Assembly (NCBI GenBank): GCA_002269645.1
Contig: NIVC01003271.1
Location: forward strand, 1 to 41,840
Origin: Macrostomum lignano
Lineage: Eukaryota
DNA: 41,840 nucleotides
Reading direction: 5' to 3'
Positions 22,165 to 33,885 of the stretch are shown here, piece after piece (the stretch's first letter is position 1; each line of letters opens with the position of its first letter). The notes under the pieces are model-generated. The model had not been told where the DNA came from. It saw only the letters and a list, made by a program, of their open reading frames with translations, and did no database searches. The position numbers and the translations under genes were made by a program.

Positions 22165-22297
22165 CCTTGAGAATCACTTGGCCATTTCTACTAGCAACAC
22201 ACATATAAGTCACTATTGGCTAAAAGCAGTCACATGACTACTATTCTGTCCAATAGTGACTTACATGTGTAGTGTTACCAATAGAAACAGCCAAGTG
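22165..22297. repeat. Fold-back (palindromic MITE-like) element
   Basis: CACTTGGC...ATAAGTCACTATTGG matches CCAATAGTGACTTAC...GCCAAGTG in inverted orientation. Confidence 0.65.
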
Positions 22298-24182
22298 AAT
22301 CCCTAGGTGGCACCCAAGCATGATATAAGCATGCTCAATTGCTAGCTAACTTGGCTAATCTAGTTGGTATAGTCCTCATATTGTGGTAGACCAAGGGTAA
22401 AGATAATTGAACTGCTTTTTGATAATTTTTTCTTGTTTTGACAAATTTGAACTTAAAGTATACATTGCAATTTGCATTTTGAGAGTCAAATTTAAATTGT
22501 CACTAACTAAGCTAGTGTGAACAACTAGTGTGAGTGTGACTAATTACTAGTATAATTTTAGAGATTGCCCATGTATTATTTAGTATCCAAACTTTAACAA
22601 ATCCAGTTGTCACCAATAGAGTCACCAACTAGTATGATTTTAAAGATTAAATTTTAAAAAATTATCAATTTTTATCTAAGGAACAAAGTTATCAATAGCT
22701 TTTGACCAATCACAACATTATATGGGCTATAGGCTTGTGGCATGTTTGAGTAGCTTCATACATGCCCAACCTCAAAATTTCACCCATCTGGTGCAACTTA
22801 GTTTTGTCCAGATTTGTGACTTAGTTCCTGCTGATTGCGACTTAATTTTCACTTTGTATATAACTTTTCTTGCCTTTTTCTCTTTTTTCTCTCTCTCTTT
22901 CCCTTTTCTCTCCTCTCCTTTATTTCTTTTCCCTTCTTTTCCTCTTTCTTTCTTCTTCTAATTTTTCATTTTTTTGCGTTTTCAATTTTGCAACTTACAT
23001 TGGTTGGCAGCCATTTCACCTATCTGGTTCGGATGGGTTGGATGGGTGTTGGGCATGTACAAGTTGCTTGATCTTGCTAATAAAATATTTTTAAATGCTT
23101 AAATATGTCTGACTATCATAGAAGTGCATCTTCAAGTTAGCAACAAATATTTGAAGGTCTAAAGCAATTATTGACTATCAAATGCTAACAAATTGATTGA
23201 CAACCAACCATTGATAATAAATACTACTAATAAAATGCAATAATCAACATAAAATTCAAATTCAAATATTTATTATAATGCATTTTGCATGCCTATTTGT
23301 TGTGTTATATTTTTTTTATATCAAAGAATAGAGTAAGAACAAAGTTTGAACAACATAGGTTGAAGTACAAATAATCAAGGGCAGGTTGAATTAAGCAGAT
23401 AAGCAATGTCATACCAGTGCTAACTCTCAAAATCAGTTTAAATAATACAAAGAACATTGCCAGTGCCACTATGTTGAAGTTGCATATTAAAAGTGGGAGA
23501 CTGAGCTTTAATGTGCAAAGCTTTCAGATGTGCAGATACTCTATTCTGCCTACTCAACTCAACCTGTCCCTGGTTTTTTGCACTTGACATATGGTCTATT
23601 ATCAACCAATCTAATATACATTTTATTTATACTCTTAATTTAATACAAAACATATATATTTGTTTTTTTCTTTTTTCTTTGCTCTTAATAATCTACTTGA
23701 CAATGCATCTAGGTACATGAAATTTGTTTTATAAAATAATTGAATTTTCAAAAAATGTCTGTCTTCAAATGTTAATTAATTGCATTTCTATGAGTACTTG
23801 TTTATCCTACTCTCAAAGTGAGCAACTTTATCTGAATACTACTATTATACTACTAAAAAATCATTTTTGCTTATTAGTTGACTTGCATACATTAACTTGG
23901 TATCTTTTATTTAAACTTTCTGGAACAGTCTAGGGAGAAAATTTATTTTACAGATGCCTATTCAGTTCTACTCATAGTTAAGACCTTTGCCTTTGCTTAC
24001 CTCTTTGTTTCCACTTTAGCCCCTAATTTGTTGATAGTCAAATTCTCACTGTCAGCTGTACATTGTTTCTCAGAAATGTAAGGCATGAAAATATACAAGT
24101 TCTCAAGAGCTTGTGATGCTTATCTGAGTGAGTCAGTTGTGCCAATCAAATTCAGTTGAATCTTTTGTAAGCTTTATTCATA

Positions 24183-24415
24183 GGGCCCTAGCTACATGGT
24201 CTAGCGCTCTCATGTGTCAGCTGCTCAGGCTCAATTCCAAGTACTGTCACATTAATTTGGGGCTAAATTGAAATCTCAGTTTGGGTGTTCTGATGAATTA
24301 ACGCCAGTGAGGGCCAATACCAAAGGCACTATGAAGTTTTTATGCCTAACAGTAAATAGAAGTTAGGGCCTCTAAATAGAAGTGTGCCAGGGTTCATACA
24401 GCCCCTTAATTCTAA
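24183..24415 (+). mobile_element. Degenerate SINE of the same family as 26474-26817
   Basis: Shares GTCACATTAATTTGGGGCT(A/G)AATTG...ATGCCTAAC(A/G)GTAAA...AGTTAGGGCC with the copy at 26.5 kb. Confidence 0.7.
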
Positions 24416-24850
24416 AACAATAGCCTAATAGGTTAATTTAGAGAAATCTCATAGAATTTCCATGTCACATTTCAATTTTTTATACTGCTAAGTCTTTTGA
24501 ATCAGTTTGTACAGTAAAGTCTGGCACAGGAATAGGAATTCACCCAGAGTACGTTTCTACTCTTGTGTACTTAGCCCGCTACGATACTCTTCCTTGGAAT
24601 TCCATAGCTAGTTCAGTAGTTAGTCTATTTATTCAGCTCCTTTCAATTCGAAATCGAAAATTCATTGCTTTGCTGGAGTTTAGCGCTATTTGGCCCTACA
24701 ATCTACATAATTTTTTGGCTAGCTGGATAGCAATAATTTTATCGCTGTTCTAATCTCAAACTACAGGACAGAATCTCAGCATAACACTGACCTCTTGGTA
24801 TTTCAGTCTTGAAGGCCTTTTCCTGGCCGTCCGTTGTGGCAGGTGAAACT

Positions 24851-27800
24851 ATGGCAACCTCGCAGCCTTTTGCTGAACTGCGGCAATGCAGGCTGGCTGA
24901 ACTTCGTGTTGTTAAGCAAATTGGTTAGTTTCTTATTTGTAATTACTGTCCAGATTATAGTATAGGTAGTTCGTAGAGCCTCAGCAAGAGATGAGAGAAG
25001 GGTGTTTTTTTAAGCACAATTTAGAATTTTTCATTCTTGCCACTCCTAAAGGTCGGGGCTCCTTCGGCTCAGTGCACAAGTGCGTCTTAAATGGCCGCCA
25101 TTGTGCGCTGAAGAAACTGAATCTTGCCAATTCCAGTGTGCGACCAGAATGGTGAGCTCGCTTCATTTTGCCTTACTGGCTTATGGAAGTCTAATAACTT
25201 TCCGGGAACCGTCACTAACACGCAGGATCCGGAATAGGCTGGTTAAAGAGATACTTTTGCTTCATCAGGTCAGCACTGAGTGTGACGCATTTGTCAGAAT
25301 TTACTCCAGCTGCACTGACGATGACGGACAGGTTGTTGGATACGTGATGGAGTACTTCAAGTTCGGCAATCTGCGGACGGTGTTCAACACTATGAAGAGC
25401 TTTGTCAGTTTTCCTAATTCACTAATCTGGCTGTTACTTGCCATACCGGTAGTTAAGTTTTGTTGCTATCATAGTTTAAATTCCTGCCTCTGCAGCGGTT
25501 GGACTGCCAAAACTTTCCCTGGTTGGCGGTGCACCTGCTGCACCAGGTGGCCGAAGGCCTGCGCTTCCTTCAAGAGAATCGGCAGCCAGTCCTGATGCAC
25601 AGAGATGTGGCAGTGGATAATGTCTTCGTCGACATGAATCTGCGGGCCAAGGTGAGTTAAATGATTACTTCCTAAATTCCTAAATAGACCGCGAGTAGCA
25701 AAAAACTTGACACTTGAATCAATCAGAATTGATTTATGGACCCGATTTCACTTTAAAATACATGTTCCATTTTCTTGCAATCCATTGGCAATCCATATCT
25801 TTAAAACAGTTAAAGTTGCACGTCGTCTTATAATATACGACGCTCGTATCTTTTTGCAGTCGGTTTGAGCTTAGGAGCAGTTGACTTAATAGTACCATAG
25901 ACATTTAAATGTTGTGCCATAGACATTTGTGTCCTTGACAAAGTGGGACAGAATAATCGGGCGTTAAATGTCATTAACTGCCCGCTAATTTCGCTATTTT
26001 TTTCCTGCAAGCGGGCTTAAATGTAGTCTATGGCATTAAAAGGCAAGAATAAGTGCCCAGCGGGCACAAAGGTCATGGTACAATCCAGAGTGACAGAGCG
26101 CTACACTCAGGACAACTGCTGGCCCTAGTCTATGGCCCAAAAGTGTGACTGGTAAGCAAAGACAATCTTGAGCATTCAACTTAGTCCATTTCCTCTTTTA
26201 GGATCTTAATTTCATTCTTATTATCGTAAAGCAGTGCAGTACAATGAAAGCGAACTAAATTTTAGAATGGAACCAGAAAATATTGAGATACATAGAATGC
26301 CAACGTAGCTTTAAAAAGTGAAGCCGATTTTCGCTTTCCGCCTGGAGTTTGGCTTTGGACCATAGACTAAAGTGTTTTGAGCTAAAATATATTTGTGATA
26401 AATATACTCGTACAAGTGCTTAAATCGCGCCGTTTGGGAATGAGAAGAACTGATACGTTGATAAAGCTGTGTAGGGGGGCTGTAGCCCAGCGGTAGCGCA
26501 GCTGCTCTGGTGTGCCAGCGACCCAGGCTCGATTCCAAGTGCAGTCACATTAATTTGGGGCTGAATTGGAATCTCGGCTTGGCTCTGCTCGTGCAATTAA
26601 CGGCCTTGAGAGCCAACCCCCCAATGCGCAGTGAAGTGTACATGCCTAACGGTAAAATAAAGTTAGGGCCGCTGTACACTCCTGTGTGAGTGTGTGCCCG
26701 CTTAAATGCCTGCTCAGGGGAGTCGGCGGAATGGGCAGTAATGCCTCTCGCCGGTTGTGTGCCTATGTCGCTTAAAGTGCGCCAGGGTGCACACAACCCC
26801 CTGCCTCTAATAAAAAAATGATATTCTATGTATGCTCAATATTCTCTGGATAGAACATAGGAAACTAACAGTAATTTAAAACGTAAGCGCGAGAAGTTTA
26901 TAATACACCTTTTCACCTTCAATTTTGATCAAAGTCCAGTTCTAAAAAACTAGTGGAAATTCAATTCAGACTGGGGACAATTTTGTCTATAGCTAAACCT
27001 TGCTTCGGTGGCAAAATCTTTTGAACTGGGGTTTTTTCTTGATTTTCCGTAAGCGTTGCTCCAGTCTGAATTGTCTGAATTGAATTTCCGCTAGTTTTTT
27101 TTAGAAATGGACTTGATCAAAATTGAACGTGAAGAGGTGTAGTGTTAATGTTCGTCAGACTCTGCAACTTATCACAAAATTGGCTGGCCGGCAATGCAGG
27201 CTGGAAGATGGCACAATGACTGACGGCCGCCCGTCCACGCACTTCGCAGCCGTAACCTCTACTTTCGGCGATCCTCTGCATGATTAAGATGCGCCATTGG
27301 TACAGCGGCATCAGTGGGGGTGGGCTGTCCAGTTCCCGCTGCGACCCGGGCAGTGCCAGCGTGCACTTAATTACTGCCTTCGGGCATACGTGTGCCTCTT
27401 CGACTGGGTTTAAAAACGGGCTTCAAACGTGCTTCCCAGCTCATATTGTTGCTGATTTGTAGGTTAGAGAGAGCTTAGAGAAGGTTAGAGTAATCCTTTA
27501 GCAGCAATGAGAGGACTAAGTTGAATGCTCCAAAGATAAGGTCTTTGCTCACCAGTTACATTTTTAGCCATAGACTAGGGGCAGCAGTTGTCTTGAGTGT
27601 AGCGCTCTGCTACTCTGGATTAGGTCAGCTGATCCCTAAGCTCAAACTGACTACAAAAAGCTATTGTATGTTAATACCCATGCCCTAAGGCTTAGGGCTT
27701 GAATGGAGAATTTGAGGGCGCCGCAAAGCAAATTTACGCCCAAAAAGCATGGGTATCACTGGTACTGTATCATAGGCATTTTTGCCTCAGCAAGGCGCTG

Positions 27801-29582
27801 CAGTGAGAGAAGAATGAAAGAGTGGGGGGAAAGTGTGGGTCGCTGTGGGTGTGATGGCGAAGCCTCACATTTCGACCATACACATTTCATTTAATGAAAC
27901 GAAGCTTTTCATGCAGCACTGCAGTTTAGAAACAAGTTGCAGTACAGTATCAAAGAGATTGAACCAACAATTTTGCGGGCATTATATTAAAGTTTTGACA
28001 GACTTGTTCGATTTATGCGGGCTTAAATGTAGTCTGTGGTATTAAAGAAATTGATTGAGTACCCGCCAGGCAAAAAAATCATGGTACAATGCTTGTTGCC
28101 GGAGTAGAAAACTGTCTATGGCTGACGCAGATGTTTCGTCTGTGTTATGATTTTGGTCATAGACAAAAGTGAACAATATAGATAGATGCCTTTTCTGGAT
28201 TGTTAGTTAGATTGTTACAGAGCTGCTTGTACAGACTAGCGTTATATGCAAATTGAAGGTGCAGAAGGTGAGATACTACTAAGTACCAATTTATTTCTAA
28301 CTAATAGAATTTATTTCTTTTTAATAATGCGTTTTAAACAAAATCGAGCCTACGAGTAGAAATAAATTCAAATAAATTTCTTGTGTTAAATCTTACCAAT
28401 AGTGTCCCTGTGCTGAATATTTCGGCTTCTCACTTTAATGCTGCAAATCATCATCATGCCCCCAATGCCTTACAGTTGGGGGACTTCGGCCTGTCCCGCA
28501 GTTTGCAGGACTCACTTGGCCAAGACACGCTGCACTTCGAGAACCTGGTTGGCATCGAGCGCCGCCCCCCAGAACTGCTGCTCGACCCCCTCCGCCGTCC
28601 CGATGAATTTATTGACCGATACCTGTTCGGCATCTGCTTATTTGAGGCCCTCACCTGCAGTTCGCTAAGGCACCGCATCGGTGACAGTGTGGCCGAGTTT
28701 CGAGACATGCTGATCGAAGGTCGTCACGTGAAATCGTTGACCGAAGCCCTGGATCGAGACTGCTTCAACGCCTACCCGCAGCGCCTTCGCCAGCCTGCCG
28801 AGGAATTCGAGTGCCTGCACTCTGCTGTCACTAACATCATGCAGTCCTGTCTGGCAAGCGAGCCCAACCTCCGCCCACCCTTTAGCAGGCTGTGTCAGCA
28901 GCTCGAAGAGCTCGGTCTTCCACAGAGTGAGGGCGTCAGTCGCGAGAAGGACTTGGCGTACGCCCTGTTGCAGTCCGATGAGAGTGACAGTGCGGGTGCG
29001 GCAGCTCCAGCTGCTGAAGCAGACATCGCCAGTGGCTGTGCGGCAACCAACGGCGATGCAATCACTAGGACTACGGGTACCATTCGCAGCAGCCTACACC
29101 CCGGTGACTCCGGTATGGCGTCGGCCATGCCAAGCGAGTTCCGGCACCAGCTCGGCACCGCCTTGCGTGTTGGCTTAGTGCAGGGCAAGGTCTTCGATGT
29201 GGATGCTCCTCCCCTTGATAGGGCAGAGGCGCAGCAGCCGCAACAGCGCCGTTTCACCGGGAAGCCTGCGCCGATTCAGCTTCTGCAGGCAATTTTCCGG
29301 TCAGGGCCGTTGCGCAACACGTGGCCGGAGCTCCTAAGCGCCCTTGGTGCCCCTGAGCAGGCCGTGAACGATGCAGCGCTGGCGGCCCGGAAGGACGGCC
29401 GGCTCGAGGCCGACGCCGCCATGGATTCGCTGCGGCTGTTGCCGGCTCCGCCCACCGTCAGGCAGCTCGCCGACGGGCTCGCCGCAGCTCGCTGCTCAGA
29501 TTCGACTTTGCGCCTTCTCAGTCGTCTGCAGGATAAGTTCTGCTCTCCCTTGTCCAGTGTAGATTCCAGTGGTGTGCGGTAG
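24851..29582 (+). CDS. TKL/RIPK-like protein kinase with a probable C-terminal death domain, 537 aa; exons 24851-24923, 25052-25151, 25226-25403, 25496-25651, 28476-29582
   Basis: IGRGSFGSV (Gly loop), ALKK, helix-C E (VKEI), YVMEY, HRDVAVDN, LGDFGLS, RPPE, DRYLFGICLFE, RPPF. All junctions are phase-consistent. The C-terminus NTWPELLSALG...PPTVRQLADGLAAARCSD has a death-fold pattern. Confidence 0.88.
26474..26817 (+). mobile_element. tRNA-derived SINE in intron 4 of the kinase
   Basis: Head GGGGGGCTGTAGCCCAGCGGTAGCGC (A box) ... GGCTCGATTCC (B box), with an A-rich tail AATAAAAAAA. Confidence 0.75.
26945..27102. mobile_element. Small MITE-like inverted-repeat element
   Basis: AAAAAACTAGTGGAAATTCAATTCAGAC matches GTCTGAATTGAATTTCCGCTAGTTTTTT in inverted orientation. 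Confidence 0.6.
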
Positions 29583-30946
29583 CGGCCTCTAATGATCGTC
29601 TAAGTAGTCAAAAACTATGCATAAAATTCTAAGCCCACAGAATCTGCATCCCTTGCGATGATAGCACTTGTTATACTTGTGACCTTGTGCATATTTATAC
29701 CGAAGATAATTTCGTTTTCTGTGCTCAAGCATATTTTGCTGCTATTATTGTACATATTTATAACTTCGTTTGCATTAGCTTTGTCCTTGGCTCTGGCAAA
29801 AATGGAAATTTCCAGGTTATCTTTGAAGCCCTTCCGTTTCAGAAATGCTTTATTTGCCAAAAGTTTAATGCTTGAATTACGTCGCAGACCGTAGTAAAAT
29901 AAAGGAACGCGAAGCTGTTTGTTTGTCTAATTCATTGTTTCTTCTGCTGCATTGACTTTGCGCCTCAAAGAAAGAATCTCCTTTCATTGTAAAAATAAAT
30001 TTTCTAATACTACCTTACGCTGTCTGTCAGCCAACTGGTGATTCTGTTTTTTAAGATTAACTGAATTAATCACATTTTAAGCATTGATTTAAAGCACGAA
30101 TTGTCTGATTTCTATATTTAATTGCTGCAGCGATTAATGCTAAGATCTTCGTTGTGCTAACAATCAGAATCGGATTGACCAGCGTTCTGCAAAGTGCAAA
30201 AGTCTGCAACGCAGCAAAAGACCGTCTTCGCATCCAAGCGTGTCCAAGCCCTACTGAATAATTCGATGTTGATTCAATTATCGCCGTTCCCAGAATTGTA
30301 ATGTAGATAGTCAAGTCCGTGATTAATTTGGCTGTTAATTTCATAGATAAGCTGAAATTAGATTAGATAATAATTATCGCAGTCGTTATGCATTGCCGCG
30401 TTCCAAATTGTTCCAAATTACATACTATATGGAGTCTACGGGCTTGCAGCTCTTCTTCATCATCAATGAACCTTTCATTGATTGAGCTGCGGTTTAATCT
30501 TGATACCAAATGTTTAAAAAAGAATTTTTACTACGATTATTATCAAGAACTACTTAAAGACGGAAAACTACGTTTAGGAAAATTTTAGGAGGTACCAGGT
30601 AGATTTTACTGAAGGCATTACGGGGATAGAAGATTATCATTTTCAGCACAAAATTTGTTATTGCTTTTGATAGGAGGTAGACTCGATGTTCATTTTTTGA
30701 TGTCTTGCCTTTCTTATAACTTTAGTGCCCCAAAGCAAAACACGAATACGCGATGTTGGCACCTCAGCAGCGCCGCTGGAATAAATACCCCCACCGCCGG
30801 CGGAGGGGTGGGCGCCCACCTAAACAACACAGAACGTACACACGCGGCGGTGGGTGCACAGACGCAGATCGCTTGGGCACTAAAGCCGGTTTGCTCAAGG
30901 CAAGCCTAGCACAAACCGCAGCCTTATATTCATACATGTAATGTAC

Positions 30947-31090
30947 TGTTGCCTAAAAATCATAAAAGGGAACAGTTTGACTCTGGCTTTATGAATCTAT
31001 TTCATAATTCTTAGCCGACTGTGTAACAAAATAAAATAGATTCATAAAGCCATATTAATCGAGTTGTGCCATTTTTATGCTTTATAGGCA
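30947..31090. mobile_element. Small fold-back MITE
   Basis: TGCCTAAAAATCATAAAA...TGGCTTTATGAATCTATTT matches AAATAGATTCATAAAGCCA...TTTTATGCTTTATAGGCA in inverted orientation. Confidence 0.6.
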
Positions 31091-33885
31091 TAGGACATGT
31101 ACGTGGGATCTAAAATTACATTACCTTATAATCCTTATTTCATAAACGAAAAGCTTTTTGAATATCAATAGACCTATAAGAAAGGCAAGTCATATCAAAA
31201 GATGAACATTGTGTCTGCTTTCTATCAAAAGCAATAACAATTTTTATGCTGAAAGAATTAAAATCTTCGTACTGTATTTTTTGGTAAACCTGCCTCCAAA
31301 AATTTGACAAAAACGTTGTTTCTCGTCCTACTTGAGTTGTCCTTGGTATTTATAAGCATACAGCATACACTGTAGTTTTTTGTCGCAAATTTATAGCGAT
31401 TGGCTTAAGAGAATTGATTAAGAGAACCATCAATGTACGAGCGTATCTGTACATGTTTATACGTGTACACTGCATGATTTACATGAGACAAATTTAGAAT
31501 TAAATGTAATTATTAGCCTTAGTACATAAAATTTCATAGATCCTGGTAATAATTATTAGAAGAATCAATTGTCTATGCACAGTACTAAACTGAAAAGTGT
31601 AGAGTAGCTGCGAGCTATCAAAATGCCGGAGTTACGGTAGGAAATGCTGATGCGTAAAGGTGATCTTTCGAGCGTGTAGCTGTAGTGTTCACACAGTCTT
31701 ATTTTTCAGTTTGTTTTTCGCCACTAAACACAATGAGTTATGTATAGGTTTTGAAGTATAATAATTGTTTAACTTATATTGAATTATAAGATATTATATA
31801 TTATAAGAATTATTGTAGCCGTTACTGTATTATAAGAAGCATATATAGGTTCTGTTGTTGAAAGTTCTCGAAACGGAAATTTTATTCGTAGCCACCAAGG
31901 GTTCCCATCCCCATAAGTAGTGATACTTTTGCCTATAGATTTTAATGCATGTGTGTAATTCAACAAGTTTGGAGTCATTGGAAAGCAGAAGATTGCATCT
32001 TTCGTTTGACTAGCTACAAACCTTTGGTAAATGTTATTTTAACGAGAACTATAGATGGTGCTCACTTCTTTGGCCTATACAAACAAGGGTTGTATATCAA
32101 GGAGGATAGGTGTTGATGAACCAAAAATCAATAAATTTACTTGAATGGTTCACAAAACGAATAGGGCATGTCGCCATCCATTTTGGAGGCCGCGTACATC
32201 TACGAGTATGATCGTTTGCGCAGAAATTGCTCAGTTTTTGCTGGTTTGAAACAAGCGCTTTATTTATCAAGCTGGAACTTCGAAGAACTTTGTCTTTTGT
32301 TAGCTGTAGACAGAACAAATATAGCTACTTATACCGGTAATTATATTTATTGATTTTCGTTCATCAATATCTCAGCAAACTATGCTAAGGAGAGCAGCCA
32401 CCGAAGAGTACTAATCCCAGAGCACCACCTAATTTAACCAATCCAAGCCATGCAAAGCAGCATAGGCTTGTCGGATTAATTAGCCCTGGTTGTTGGGTGC
32501 ATTTTTGCAGGTATCTTTTTCTTTTCGACTGGTCTACCATATTTTTGCCTTCGAAAATTGGAATTTAAAGTTCCAATAAATTCTTTAGCAATGGTTTGCT
32601 GATAATTGATTATTTCAAATTCAAAGGGTACTACTGTTTGTGCATGTGCAGGCGTTTACAAAGAGCACTAAGAGCACTACGTCGTAAAACATAAATCTCT
32701 GGCTTAAAATGTTTTAAAATTTTTCTGTGCTTTAAGGCAAGGACGAAGACCAAGGTTTCTAGTGATGGCTAACATTGTCAAGGTATATTATCACATATTG
32801 AATGGGGGTTACAGGATACAGTTTAAGATGGTATGCAATTCGAATACATTCATTAAATGCACGATAAGAAGCGAGCTATGTACTCGTACATATCGGTGGG
32901 CTATTAAAATCTGGGTTACCGGGTCGGATTGTCGTGCAGGTGGAACCGAGAGCTTTAATTAATTAGTAGTACTTGATACGGAGTTTTCTATCGACTATAG
33001 TTTAGTCTAACGTCCAGTGATGGACTAATAGACTAGAATTTTGGTGTCCTATTAAGTCTAGCGGTATTTTTGCATTAGGTAGGGTAGCACCAGTCACCAC
33101 ACTGCTGTCTAGTGAGCATGCATCAATATTGAGGGATTAATTACGTACAAACTTACATGTATGACAAAAATTCAATGCCTCTTAGGACCTCCAGAGTGGT
33201 CAGATTATAAATAGCTTGGCATTTATTATATTCATCTTTAGTCGAGTTTGTGACCGCATTCATGCGTCATCTTCAAAAGTCTACGCTATTTATGCTCACT
33301 AAGATGACGCCGCCACAATGTACGTAAGCGGACAGCAATAAGCAGGGCCGATTATTGGATGCTTAAAAGTGAGATAGATTGACCCAAACTCCAGCAACCT
33401 CGTTACTCAAAATTAGTTTTAGGCTAAGACCTGTTAAAACTTAAAGCCCCCGTCTAAAAAACTGGCGCCATTTTATTTTTCTTGTCCTTTAAGTAGTACT
33501 ATCAAGGTCGAGAGAATTTGGCCATCAGGTGTTTTTAGCCGCGGTAAAGGTGCCAGCTGGATCCTCCTGAAGCTGGCTATAATTTCATGCGCTTCAGAAG
33601 AGGCGAAATGAAAGTCAGCCAATTATATTCAACTCTGACCTCTTCTGATCTGCATGGTCATAGCAGGGTATTCAGGGTCGACTACCTCAATCTTCCGTTC
33701 CGCAGACGCTCACAAATTGAAAGAAAAATAAAACAATTAGCCGCGTAAAATAGAAAAAAAAATTTTCGATAAAAACTTTTGATTAGAATTTGGAATTTAG
33801 GATCTCATTGACAGATTGACAGAATAGCTGAATATACGTTTCTATAAGTACGAGGGTAACATGGCATTATGACCGCCTTTCAGTC

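Noticed and set aside
22722-23933. Hydrophobic F/L-rich ORFs as membrane proteins
   Set aside because: They derive from CT-rich and AT-rich low-complexity sequence and lack ATG starts or splice support.
26474-26550. tRNA gene (also considered at 8130-8200)
   Set aside because: A and B boxes are present, but I could not fold a cloverleaf and the sequence continues into a repeated SINE body.
29150-29290. RHIM motif in the kinase linker (LRVGLVQG, PIQLL)
   Set aside because: It does not match the (I/V)Q(I/L/V)G core with supporting flanks.
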